A DNA stretch of 64,000 bases from the NCBI GenBank assembly GCA_021738045.1, contig JAIPCU010000001.1, forward strand, positions 751 through 64,750, in the 5' to 3' direction. The position numbers and the translations under genes are program-made. The notes beneath the pieces were generated by a model. It was not told the origin of the DNA. It did no database searches and was given only the letters and a program-made list of their open reading frames with translations. This DNA is from Candidatus Methylopumilus sp. (GTDB taxonomy: Bacteria; Pseudomonadota; Gammaproteobacteria; Burkholderiales; Burkholderiaceae_B). Of this stretch, positions 9,567-19,080 are shown in pieces; the stretch's first letter is position 1; each line of letters starts with the position of its first letter.

Positions 9567-10408
9567 TGCTCACGCCCAACGCCATACCGTCAATCGACGC
9601 GACAGCCCCAAACAAGCCGCAGTACGAAGCCCTGTTGAGCAACGCGCAAAGCGCAGAACTGCGTCAACTCAGGCTTGTGATCGCAGTCATCGCAGTGTGC
9701 TGCGTTGCGCTTTGGATCTGTGGCGTGTTTGACTTGACGCGTTTCATCGAAGGTGGCCCAGCAATCGCACAATTAGCATCAGAAATGGTGCCACCGGACT
9801 TTGGTCGGTGGCGACACTGGCTCAAACCGTTGGTCGATACGTTGGCAATGTCGATTGCCGGCACCGCGCTGGCCGTTTGCCTGTCATTACCCCTTGCATT
9901 ACTTGCTGCGCCCAATACCACGCCTAATGCATGGCTGGCTAAGGTCGTGCGGGTGCTGCTGTCCGCCATGCGCTCAGTACCCGAAATTATTTTGGGGATT
10001 CTGTTTGTCGCCGCCGTCGGTTTTGGTGCGCTACCTGGCGTATTGGCCTTGGCGCTGCATGCAGTGGGTATGGTCGGTAAGTTTTACGCCGAAGCGATTG
10101 AGCACGTTGATCCCAAGCCACTTGAAGCCGCGCGCGCCGCCGGGGGTAATGGCTTTCAGGTCATCGTCCACGCCGTACTGCCACAAGTTTTGCCGCAACT
10201 GGCCGACATCACAATCTATCGCTGGGAGTATCACTTTCGCGCCTCTGCCGTCTTAGGGATTGTGGGTGCCGGAGGCATTGGCTTTGAGTTGATGGCTGCC
10301 CTGCGGCTGATCCATTACGACCAAGTTTCGGCGATTTTATTGACAATTCTGGCGTGTGTCGTCGTCGTCGACGGGCTAGGTGGTGCGTTGCGCAAAGCGC
10401 TGAAATGA
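9566..10408 (+). CDS. ptxC: Phosphite ABC transporter permease
   Basis: PhnE-like: RSVPE, GKFYAEAIE, YRWEYHFRAS..LGIVGAGGIG. Confidence 0.87.
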   Translation: MLTPNAIPSIDATAPNKPQYEALLSNAQSAELRQLRLVIAVIAVCCVALWICGVFDLTRFIEGGPAIAQLASEMVPPDFGRWRHWLKPLVDTLAMSIAGTALAVCLSLPLALLAAPNTTPNAWLAKVVRVLLSAMRSVPEIILGILFVAAVGFGALPGVLALALHAVGMVGKFYAEAIEHVDPKPLEAARAAGGNGFQVIVHAVLPQVLPQLADITIYRWEYHFRASAVLGIVGAGGIGFELMAALRLIHYDQVSAILLTILACVVVVDGLGGALRKALK

Positions 10409-10527
10409 TCGACCTGAAGGCTTTGCCTGCCCATGAAATCTAAGAGGCAAGCCGCTTGTAACCACGTCTGCCTTTGAGCTCTTAAATATCAACCTTGAGA
10501 CCCAAGGCAGCCACACTTAAAGATCAT

Positions 10528-11502
10528 ATGCCCAATAAAATTGTTATCACGAATCCGATCCACGATGAAGTTCGCCAACGCCTTGCACAGTACGGCGAAG
10601 TAATCATGAACCCCTTGCTCGAGCCGTGGCAGCCCAACGAACTCGCCGAGCACTTATCGACTGCGACGGCAATGATGGGCTTCATGACCGATCGTGTCGA
10701 TGCGAAGCTGCTTGAGCAGGCGCCACAGCTCAAAATCGTGGCCTGCGCACTCAAGGGCTTTGATAACTATGACGTCGCGGCCTGCACACAACACGGCATT
10801 TGGGTCAGCATCGTGCCAGACCTGCTCACTGAGCCCACGGCAGAGCTCGCTCTGGGTTTGGCGATCGCGCTAGGCCGGCACGTGCGCTTGGGCGACCAAC
10901 AACTGCGCACACAAACTTTTGAGGGTTGGCGCGCACAGTTCTTTGGTCAAGGTCTGCATCACTCTATTGCTGCGGTCGTTGGGCTAGGTCTGGTTGGTCA
11001 GGCCATTGCCCAGCGCCTCGCTGGCTTTGACTGCAAGTCACTGCTAAGCGTCGATCCACAGACTTCGGTAGCTGGCGTCACGCCATGCACTCTGGCGTAT
11101 GCCATGCTGCATGCTGATTATGTGTTTGTCGCCGTGCCACTCACCACAGAGTCATTGAATTTGATTGATCATATTCAATTGGCCAGCAGCAAACCGGGTC
11201 AGTTATTGATCAACGTTGGGCGTGGCTCGGTGGTCAATGAGCAGGCCGTCGCACAAGCCTTAGAAAGCGGCCGCCTTGCGGGCTATGCCGCCGATGTCTT
11301 TGCTTGTGAAGATTGGGCTCTCAGCGATCGTCCACATGTGATCGAGCCACGATTGCTCGCACACCCTGCAACCGTTTTTACCCCTCACCTAGGCTCGGCA
11401 GTGCGCTCAGTACGGCTCGCCATCGAACAGCGCGCAGCTGACAACATCATCGCCGTGTTGACAGGTCGCACGCCTCCAGATGCGATGAACGCCCCGCTAT
11501 AA
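10528..11502 (+). CDS. ptxD: NAD-dependent phosphite dehydrogenase
   Basis: PtxD signatures MMGFMTDRVD, CALKGFDN (catalytic Lys), VPDLLT.PTAEL, GRGSVV (Arg), EDWA (Glu), FTPHLGSAV (His); ATG start at 10528. Confidence 0.93.
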   Translation: MPNKIVITNPIHDEVRQRLAQYGEVIMNPLLEPWQPNELAEHLSTATAMMGFMTDRVDAKLLEQAPQLKIVACALKGFDNYDVAACTQHGIWVSIVPDLLTEPTAELALGLAIALGRHVRLGDQQLRTQTFEGWRAQFFGQGLHHSIAAVVGLGLVGQAIAQRLAGFDCKSLLSVDPQTSVAGVTPCTLAYAMLHADYVFVAVPLTTESLNLIDHIQLASSKPGQLLINVGRGSVVNEQAVAQALESGRLAGYAADVFACEDWALSDRPHVIEPRLLAHPATVFTPHLGSAVRSVRLAIEQRAADNIIAVLTGRTPPDAMNAPL

Positions 11503-11618
11503 CCGGCGCCCAACCAAAGGCCCTCGAGCTGTAGCCTGAGACTGTGCCGCGCCCAGCCAAACACTTTACGACTTTTGTCTTAAACTGAGTTTTTGGCATT
11601 TGCGACAAGGCCTCTCCG

Positions 11619-12644
11619 ATGACTGCACTCAACCCCATCCCAACCACCCTCATTCCAGGCGATGGCATTGGCCCTGAAGTGGTCAAAGCCACCGTTGCGG
11701 TGCTCGAGGCTTTAGGCGCCCCATTCAAATGGGAAACTCAACTTGCCGGGATGGCTGCGTTTAACGCTTGTGGCGACCCGATGCCGAAGCCGCTGCTCGA
11801 GAGCATTCGTAAAAATGGCTTGGCGCTGAAAGGCCCACTCTCAACCCCAATTGGCGAGGGCTTTCGTTCGGCCAACGTTCGGTTGCGTGAGACCTTTGGT
11901 TTATACGCCAATGTGCGTCCGGCACTGACCATAGTGCCTGGGCGCTTTGACAAGATCGATATCGTGTTGATCCGCGAAAACCTCGAAGGTTTTTATGTGG
12001 CGCATGAGCACTATCTGCCGGTCGGAGACGACCCACGCGCCGTCGCGCTCTCTTCAGGCGCCAACACACGCGTCGGCATCAACCGCATCGCACGCTATGC
12101 CTTTGAATACGCGGTTAAGCACGGACGCAAAAAAATTACCATCGTGCACAAAGCCAACGTACTGAAAGTCTTAACAGGATTGTTTTTAGAAGAGGCTCGC
12201 AACGTCGCGCGTGAATACGAGGGCCGTGTCGCGGTGGATGACCGTATTGTCGACGCCTGTGCCATGCAACTTGTGCTGAACCCCTGGCAGTTCGACATGC
12301 TCTTATGCTCGAATTTGTTTGGTGACATTTTGTCAGACGAACTCGCTGGCTTGGTAGGCGGCTTAGGCTTGGCCCCAGGTGCCAATATTGGTAAGGATGT
12401 CGCGATTTTTGAAGCGGTGCATGGTACAGCTCCAGACATTGCTGGCAAAGGGATCGCCAATCCGATTTCACTGTTGTTGGCCTCTGGGCTCATGCTTGAC
12501 CACGTTGGGCACCCCGAGCTTGCTACGCGTCTGCGCACCGCGATTGATCTGACACTGAATCAAGACAACGTGAAAACAACAGACTTAGGCGGCAAGGCGA
12601 CCACAACAACGTTTACTGAAGCGCTAGTGACGCGACTCAATTAG
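11619..12644 (+). CDS. Isocitrate/isopropylmalate dehydrogenase family protein (NAD-IDH-like)
   Basis: IPGDGIGPEV, HKANVLK, NLFGDILSD and FEAVHGTAPDIAGKGIANP motifs. Confidence 0.9.
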   Translation: MTALNPIPTTLIPGDGIGPEVVKATVAVLEALGAPFKWETQLAGMAAFNACGDPMPKPLLESIRKNGLALKGPLSTPIGEGFRSANVRLRETFGLYANVRPALTIVPGRFDKIDIVLIRENLEGFYVAHEHYLPVGDDPRAVALSSGANTRVGINRIARYAFEYAVKHGRKKITIVHKANVLKVLTGLFLEEARNVAREYEGRVAVDDRIVDACAMQLVLNPWQFDMLLCSNLFGDILSDELAGLVGGLGLAPGANIGKDVAIFEAVHGTAPDIAGKGIANPISLLLASGLMLDHVGHPELATRLRTAIDLTLNQDNVKTTDLGGKATTTTFTEALVTRLN

Positions 12645-12904
12645 TACTGATTAATATCATCAGCCTTAAGCCTCGTCTGATCTGTTTTGTTTCGATAGAT
12701 TTTTCTAAAAATCACGGTCACAGCAACCGAGGCAACCACAAAAACGATGACTTCACGGGGCCAGCTAAAGGTACCCGTGAAATACTGAATGACCGCCACG
12801 CAGAGCATTGCGCCTGACATCCCTAATAAAATAAACGTTAGCGTGAGCAGCTCTGTGATCGCAAGCGCGATCGCCACAACAATTGAGATTTGATAGATTT
12901 CCAT
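12641..12904 (-). CDS. Short NfeD-like membrane protein
   Basis: Hydrophobic 87-aa ORF following an SPFH gene, the usual pairing. Confidence 0.6.
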   Translation of the reverse strand: MEIYQISIVVAIALAITELLTLTFILLGMSGAMLCVAVIQYFTGTFSWPREVIVFVVASVAVTVIFRKIYRNKTDQTRLKADDINQY

Positions 12905-13006
12905 AATCAAAGCCGCGCGGCAGGTCGTTGTTGGATTGCCATATTCAAAGCTGCACAGTAAGTCGTCGTTGGATTTTTATAGCCAAAACCGGGCGCAGGC
13001 GCTTGT

Positions 13007-13876
13007 TCAAAATTTACTAGCAATTTTGCCAAGCGTGCCAGACAACGCCGACAAGACATCGCTAGGCAACATGATGATTTTTGAATTGTTTCCTTTCGAT
13101 AGCTCTTGGATGGCGGCCGCCTGAATCTTTTTAATTTCGAACTCAACGGCGCTTGCCCCACCCTCTGCGATTGCCTTTGACACCGCTGTTACGGCATAGG
13201 CTTCGGCGTCAGCCAAAATACGCTTGGCCGCCGCTTCTTTTTCGGCTGAATACAGGCGCGCATCCGCTTGCAGCTGGGTCGCTTGTTTGATTCCTTCGGC
13301 CTCAGTCACTTGGCCACGGCGCTTACGTTCGGCGTTTAGCTGCACCTGCATCGCTTCTTTTGTGGCGCTATCTACATCGACCTCAGTGATTTCAACCCGA
13401 GTCAGTTTGATGCCCCATTCGTCTGATACCGTCTGCAACTCGGCCTCGATTTCTTGTGCCAGATGCCGACGGTTGGACTGCACGCCGTCGAGGTCTGTTT
13501 TGCCGATGACGCTACGAATCGTGCCATTCACAATTGTTTTAATCGCAAGGGTGAGATTTTCAATGCGATACATCGTGCGAGACGCATCAGTGATTCGATA
13601 CAAAATCGCAAGCTGAACCGAGATCGAGACGTTATCGTGAGTAATCGCGTTGATTGGATCAGGCGGCAATTGGATTTCTTGGATAGAAACCTTGTAACGC
13701 ACCGTTTCTAAAAAAGGGATCAGCAAGTGCAAACCGGCTTCAAGTTTACGGTTGTACTTGCCCAATCGCTCAACCAACCAGTTTTCAGACTGAGGAACAA
13801 TCTTGATCGACAATTTTAGGGTGACAAGCACCAAAATTAATAAAAATGTAAAAACGATTGCTTCAAAATTAATCAT
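13007..13876 (-). CDS. SPFH/stomatin-like protein (QmcA type)
   Basis: IVPQ...VERLGKY...GLHLLIPF, ITHDNV, WGIKLTRVEI and AERKRR...AEG motifs. Confidence 0.92.
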   Translation of the reverse strand: MINFEAIVFTFLLILVLVTLKLSIKIVPQSENWLVERLGKYNRKLEAGLHLLIPFLETVRYKVSIQEIQLPPDPINAITHDNVSISVQLAILYRITDASRTMYRIENLTLAIKTIVNGTIRSVIGKTDLDGVQSNRRHLAQEIEAELQTVSDEWGIKLTRVEITEVDVDSATKEAMQVQLNAERKRRGQVTEAEGIKQATQLQADARLYSAEKEAAAKRILADAEAYAVTAVSKAIAEGGASAVEFEIKKIQAAAIQELSKGNNSKIIMLPSDVLSALSGTLGKIASKF

Positions 13877-14171
13877 GGCTATCCCAGTCACCTTCACGCA
13901 GGTCAATTACAAAAAATAATCACGTCGCACTAAACATCTAGGGCTCTGCGCTAGCTTTTCTCGAACTGAATCATCTTGGCATCAGTTTTATCTTGGCATC
14001 AGTTCTGATTTGATCGTAGCAGATTTGAACCCTCAAAAACTGTCAAACAGTCGCCCACAGGTACCTCTCGCAACCTTACCCATGCTGAAAAAGATCTTGC
14101 CCTGCGCTTGAGTAGGAATGGGTACGATCTCAACCCCTGAAAAAAGCTCTTAGACTATTTGCGACCTGTCA

Positions 14172-14189
14172 ATACAGGATCACCTGTAT
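14172..14189. promoter_or_regulatory. Palindromic putative operator upstream of a Bug gene
   Basis: ATACAGG-ATCA-CCTGTAT inverted repeat. Confidence 0.4.
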
Positions 14190-14328
14190 ATAAAACCCGC
14201 CCGCTGACGCAGTTTGCGCTTTACACTTGGCTTACGAGAGGCCTTGTCGCTGCTTTAGGGCGCCTGGCGATCAAGCAAAGACTCCTTCGCAAAAAATTGA
14301 TACAGACAGACACTCAAAAGGAACCGCA

Positions 14329-15327
14329 ATGTTGCGCTTTTCACCTTCAAAACTGACTCAACTAGTGGGTATGCTGGCAGTCGTTCTCACCAGCGCTTTA
14401 CCCTCGTTTAGCGCTCACGCGCAGTCGCAAGACTATCCCAACCGATCGATTAAATTTTTGGTCCCGTTCTCGGCAGGCACAACAACCGACGTCATTGCCA
14501 GACTGTACGCCCAAAAACTCGGCGACATACTTGGCCAAACCGTGGTGGTCGAGAACAAGGCTGGTGCGGGCGGCAATATCTCGGCTGACGCAACCGCCAA
14601 AGCTGCGCCCGATGGTTACACGCTCTCGTTTTCAACAAGCGCCACGCATGCGACCAACCCGGCACTTTATGCCAGCGTCCCGTTTGACCCCATCAAAGAC
14701 TTCACTCATATCGCCCTCATGGTAGCGGCGCCAAATATGTTGGCGATCAACCCCAAGATTCCCGTCAACAACATGGCTGAACTCATCGCTTATGCAAAAG
14801 CGAATCCAGGCAAACTGACCTATCTCTCGGCCGGCTCGGGCACCTCGCCACATATGGCGGGTGAGTTACTTAAAACGCTGGCTGGCATTGATATCCGCCA
14901 CATTCCTTATAAAAACATTACGCAAGGCTTCAGCGATTTATTTGCAGGTGAAATCTCGATGGCCTTCTATCACGTGCCTGTCATTTACCCCCACGTGCAG
15001 TCAGGTCGTTTAAAAGCGCTTGGCGTCGCGACCACCGCGCGCAGCCCGATCGCTCCTGATGTACCACCCATTAGCGATACCGTACCGGGTTACGACCTGC
15101 GCCCTTGGTGGGGCTTGGCAGGCCCTGCTGGCTTGCCTCAACCCGTGATCGACAAACTTTACAAAGCCACAATGACGATCTTGGATGACCCAGCAACACA
15201 AAAACGTTTTATTGAAATGGGTTTGATTATCACCCCGATGAATACAAAAGACTTCAATGCGTTTACCGTGACAGAACTTGCTAAGTGGACCAAGATCGTT
15301 AAAGACTCTGGCGCAACAGCGAACTAA
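14329..15327 (+). CDS. Bug/TctC tripartite tricarboxylate transporter substrate-binding protein
   Basis: Signal peptide; YPNRSIKFLVPFSAG, ENKAGAGG, APDGYTL and PDVPP motifs; ATG after AAGGA. Confidence 0.92.
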   Translation: MLRFSPSKLTQLVGMLAVVLTSALPSFSAHAQSQDYPNRSIKFLVPFSAGTTTDVIARLYAQKLGDILGQTVVVENKAGAGGNISADATAKAAPDGYTLSFSTSATHATNPALYASVPFDPIKDFTHIALMVAAPNMLAINPKIPVNNMAELIAYAKANPGKLTYLSAGSGTSPHMAGELLKTLAGIDIRHIPYKNITQGFSDLFAGEISMAFYHVPVIYPHVQSGRLKALGVATTARSPIAPDVPPISDTVPGYDLRPWWGLAGPAGLPQPVIDKLYKATMTILDDPATQKRFIEMGLIITPMNTKDFNAFTVTELAKWTKIVKDSGATAN

Positions 15328-15479
15328 TCGCTTAGTCGACAAAGCCAAACACCGAGGGCGCTAGTTCGCCTTTGGTGTGTCGCGCCTGACGCTCTTCTCG
15401 GCTCAGATCGTTGCAATCCTCTCTTTCGTTCAAGCCGTTGTCATCCTCTTCACGGTTTTTGCTTTAAAAGATTTTTTGA

Positions 15480-16529
15480 ATGACCACGAAAACAACTCCT
15501 AAACTTTTGCCGACCACCGTTGTAGGCAGCTACCCGCAACCCGCTTGGCTGGTGGATCACGCGCTGCTCGCCCAAGGTGTGCCACGCACACGTTTGCGCG
15601 AGCTTTGGCGAATTGCCCCCGAACAGCTTCAAGCTGCGCAGAACGATGCCACGCGACTTGCGATCCAAGACATGGAACGGGCCGGCGTAGACATCATCAC
15701 CGATGGCGAGATCAGGCGCGAAAGCTATTCAAACCGCTTTGCCAACTCCCTGGATGGCATCGACGACCAAAACCCCGCTGTGATCCGTTCGCAAAACGGA
15801 CTTGAGACGCTGATACCGCGCGTGGTCGGCAAGATCGCCCGGGTGCAGTCTGTTGAGGTCGAGGACTTCAAGTTTTTGAAACAGCATACTGACCGTTTAA
15901 CTAAAGTCACACTGCCGGGTCCCTTTACGATGGGACAACAGGCTAAAGATGAGTTCTACCATGACGATGAAGCCATGGTGATGGACTTTGCTGCGGCCGT
16001 CAATGCTGAAGCGCTGGCACTACAGGCGGCGGGTGCAGACTTTATTCAGCTAGATGAACCTTGGCTACGCCACGACCCTGAGGCAGCCAAACGCTACGCG
16101 GTCAAAGCAATCAATCGAGCTCTGCAGGGAATCAGCGTGCCTACGATTGTGCATCTTTGCTTTGGCTATGCGGCGGTTGTCAAAGGGCAAAAGCCAACCG
16201 GCTATTCATTTTTACCTGGTCTCAGTGATTCGATTGCCACGCAGATTTCAATCGAAGCGGCTCAACCCAAGCTTGATCTGGGCGTATTGGCCGATTTGGC
16301 TGGTAAAAAAATTATGCTGGGAGTCTTAGATCTTGGCAGTCAACACATTGAAACGGCCGAGCAAGTAGCAGTTCGCATTCGAGCAGGCTTGAAATATGTC
16401 AAAGCTGAACAACTCATCCCTGCACCAGACTGCGGCATGAAATATCTGCCCCGCGAAGTCGCTTACGGAAAACTCTGCGCGCTGAGCCAAGGCGCACAGC
16501 TTGTGCGTGCGGAGCTTGGTGCCGCCTAA
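15480..16529 (+). CDS. Core (single-barrel) cobalamin-independent methionine synthase-like zinc enzyme
   Basis: PTTVVGSYPQP, ITDGE.RRE and QLDEP motifs; HLC and PDCG zinc ligands; lacks the N-terminal half of MetE. Confidence 0.85.
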   Translation: MTTKTTPKLLPTTVVGSYPQPAWLVDHALLAQGVPRTRLRELWRIAPEQLQAAQNDATRLAIQDMERAGVDIITDGEIRRESYSNRFANSLDGIDDQNPAVIRSQNGLETLIPRVVGKIARVQSVEVEDFKFLKQHTDRLTKVTLPGPFTMGQQAKDEFYHDDEAMVMDFAAAVNAEALALQAAGADFIQLDEPWLRHDPEAAKRYAVKAINRALQGISVPTIVHLCFGYAAVVKGQKPTGYSFLPGLSDSIATQISIEAAQPKLDLGVLADLAGKKIMLGVLDLGSQHIETAEQVAVRIRAGLKYVKAEQLIPAPDCGMKYLPREVAYGKLCALSQGAQLVRAELGAA

Positions 16530-16641
16530 AGCAGACACTGCTGACGTTAAGGTTGACTCGGCTGCGGCGAGAAAAGTGTTTTGAAGAGAAAATGAATTGT
16601 TTGCCCATCGGCTGAACCGGCGGAGTTTTAAGGAGAACGAC

Positions 16642-17664
16642 TTGAAAACAGATATTCAAAGCATGCCGCAACAACGTCACATCAATCGCATCGCTTCAAT
16701 CGCGCTTGCGGGTTTGATCGGCTTGCTTAGTACTGCGACAGGCGTACACGCTCAAACTGACTATCCGAACCGACCAATCAAAGTGGTTGTGCCGTACACC
16801 GCCGGCGGCAACGTCGACATTACCGCGCGGGTCTACTCAAAGAAATTATCTGAGCAACTTGGGCAACAAGTGATTGTTGAAAACCGGCCAGGCGCCAGCA
16901 CGATCATCGGCAGTCAGTGTGTCGCAAAAAGTACGCCAGACGGCTATACGCTGTTAATCACCGGTACGATTACTTCAGCGCACACCATGAATCCGGGCTT
17001 ATTTGCCACCCTGCCCTACGACACCAATAAAGACTTTGCGCCGATCAGTCTGTTAACTCAACTATCATTATTCGTCGTGGTGCATCCCTCTTTACCGGCG
17101 AATACCCTACAAGAACTCATTGCGCTTGCGAAGGCAAAGCCCAAGCAGATCAACGTCGCCACCGGGGGCAGCGGAGGCTCGGCGAATTTAGCTGTCGAAC
17201 TGTTAACAATGGCCTCGGGCGCTCAATTCACTGCAGTTCACTACAAAGGTAACGCCCCGGGCTTGGCAGATACTGTGGCGGGGCAAACCTCAATGATGAT
17301 CGAGACTACCTCGACCGCACTGCCTCACATAAAAGGTGGCAAGTTACGCGCGTTAGCGGTCACCAGCAATAAGCGCTCGGCGCTATTGCCCGACGTACCG
17401 ACGGTTGCCGAGTCAGGCTACCCAGGGTACGACGTCACGCTCAAACTTGGCATGCTTGCGCCCGCTGGCACCCCACGGGCCATCGTCGATAAGCTAGCCG
17501 CTGAAGTGGCTTTAATTGCCCGCGACCCAGCCACGCAAAAACTCTTTGCTGAGCAGGGCTCTGAGGCCATCAGTAGTACGCCACAAGCCTTTGCCGCCGA
17601 GATTGCGACAGACATTATCAAGTGGACTGAACTGATGAGAAAGAATGGCATCAAGGCCGAATAG
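16642..17664 (+). CDS. Bug/TctC substrate-binding protein
   Basis: YPNRPIKVVVPYTAGG, ENRPGA and LPDVPTVAESG motifs; TTG start after AGGAG. Confidence 0.92.
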   Translation: MKTDIQSMPQQRHINRIASIALAGLIGLLSTATGVHAQTDYPNRPIKVVVPYTAGGNVDITARVYSKKLSEQLGQQVIVENRPGASTIIGSQCVAKSTPDGYTLLITGTITSAHTMNPGLFATLPYDTNKDFAPISLLTQLSLFVVVHPSLPANTLQELIALAKAKPKQINVATGGSGGSANLAVELLTMASGAQFTAVHYKGNAPGLADTVAGQTSMMIETTSTALPHIKGGKLRALAVTSNKRSALLPDVPTVAESGYPGYDVTLKLGMLAPAGTPRAIVDKLAAEVALIARDPATQKLFAEQGSEAISSTPQAFAAEIATDIIKWTELMRKNGIKAE

Positions 17665-17775
17665 CTTGCGGCGCCGCACCACACCGCGCATTGCAGTGCA
17701 GCAATTTGGTTAGGCTCTTTTCATTGAATCAAAGACCCTTTACTATTTTATTTTCTCGCGAACGTTCATTAAAAC

Positions 17776-18093
17776 ATGCACTCAATAAAGATAGCCCTTC
17801 TCACTGCTTTGCTATGTTTAAGCGCCGCAGCGGCCACCGCAGCCCCGATGACAGAAGCTCAACTCGAGCGCACCATCAACACGGCCGCTGAGCACTTTAC
17901 ACGCTCGACACGGGCCGCAAACGCTAATGATTTATTTGGTGCCTGTAGTTCAGCGCGCAAAGGGCTAGAAGTTTTCTATACGATCGATCCGCAACGCGAC
18001 GTGCCACGCCAATACTTGCCAGACTACAACTCCACCTTTGAAAAGATCAAAATCTTGGTGCAAGCAGCAAAAAATGCGGGCTGCAAGTTTTGA
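17776..18093 (+). CDS. Hypothetical secreted protein
   Basis: Signal peptide ending ATA-A; two Cys in the mature part. Confidence 0.6.
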   Translation: MHSIKIALLTALLCLSAAAATAAPMTEAQLERTINTAAEHFTRSTRAANANDLFGACSSARKGLEVFYTIDPQRDVPRQYLPDYNSTFEKIKILVQAAKNAGCKF

Positions 18094-18276
18094 AGTCACG
18101 AGCCCTCTGGACTAGCCTCTGTACTCGCCATAGCAGGCTGCGTCGCTGATTCTGTCACCGATCCCGTCGAAGCTGAAGGCCTGTCAAAGGTTTCGGGCCA
18201 AAAAAACTAAGATCGACTTGTTTATTACCAACACTTGTTCAATAATGCATCAACAAAATCTTATCAAGAGGCAACT

Positions 18277-18408
18277 ATGCAACACGACACGTCACATCAT
18301 GAAGCACCCGCTAGCGGCATGAGTCAGACAGCGGTATGGACTCTCATGCTCTTGCTGTTTGGGCCATCAGCACTGACACTCTGGTGGGTGATTCATCAGT
18401 CGTCTTGA
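18277..18408 (+). CDS. Small 43-aa single-pass membrane protein (not in ORF track)
   Basis: AAGAGG RBS; MQHDTSHHEAPASGMSQTAVWTLMLLLFGPSALTLWWVIHQSS. Confidence 0.55.
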   Translation: MQHDTSHHEAPASGMSQTAVWTLMLLLFGPSALTLWWVIHQSS

Positions 18409-18521
18409 TCAGCCAAGGCTGGCACTGAGAGATGTATGGTCAGCTAGCCAAGAGCAAAGTACCCGACATCTTCAACCGCATCGCGTGATGCGGTCGCACC
18501 GCACGATCTCACATCACTGCA

Positions 18522-18956
18522 TTATTTCGCGAATAGCGAACTCATGTTCGCAAAAGCCTTGAACTCAATGGCGTTGCCCGACGGATCCATGAAAAACATG
18601 GTTGATTGCTCGCCGACCTCGCCTTTGAAGCGGGTGTAGGGCTCGATGACAAACGTTGTACCGACCGCTTTGAGTTTTGTGGCCATGACTTCCCATTGAG
18701 GGATCGACAACACCGCCCCAAAATGACGCACGGGTACTTGATGATCATCGACCGCGCTCGTTTGCTTGTGTCCGCATTCGTCAGGCGCTAAGTGCGCAAC
18801 GATTTGATGTCCGTAAAAATCAAAATCGACCCAGTCTGGTGCACTACGACCCTCGCCACAGCCCAAAACGCCAACGTAAAACTGGCGCGCCTCTTCGATA
18901 TCGCGCACCGGAAAAGCCAAATGAAAGGGGGGCATTGATGCAGCTTGTACAGACAT
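18522..18956 (-). CDS. VOC/glyoxalase-family protein
   Basis: PFHLAFPV, DFYGHQIVAH, RHFG and DPSGNAIEFKAF motifs. Confidence 0.9.
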   Translation of the reverse strand: MSVQAASMPPFHLAFPVRDIEEARQFYVGVLGCGEGRSAPDWVDFDFYGHQIVAHLAPDECGHKQTSAVDDHQVPVRHFGAVLSIPQWEVMATKLKAVGTTFVIEPYTRFKGEVGEQSTMFFMDPSGNAIEFKAFANMSSLFAK

Positions 18957-19080
18957 TTTTAAAACCTCAATAGAAATCGTAAGTGGGCAGCCAAAGGATC
19001 AGCAAATACCTGTCAACTATAAGCTAGACTTCACTTACACCGCAAATAGAGACTTTGAATCAAGGGTTCCAACGCTCATC

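Noticed and set aside
13973-14008. Sigma54 promoter (TGGCA motif)
   Set aside because: The -12 element reads CTGA or TTAT rather than TTGC, lacking the essential GC
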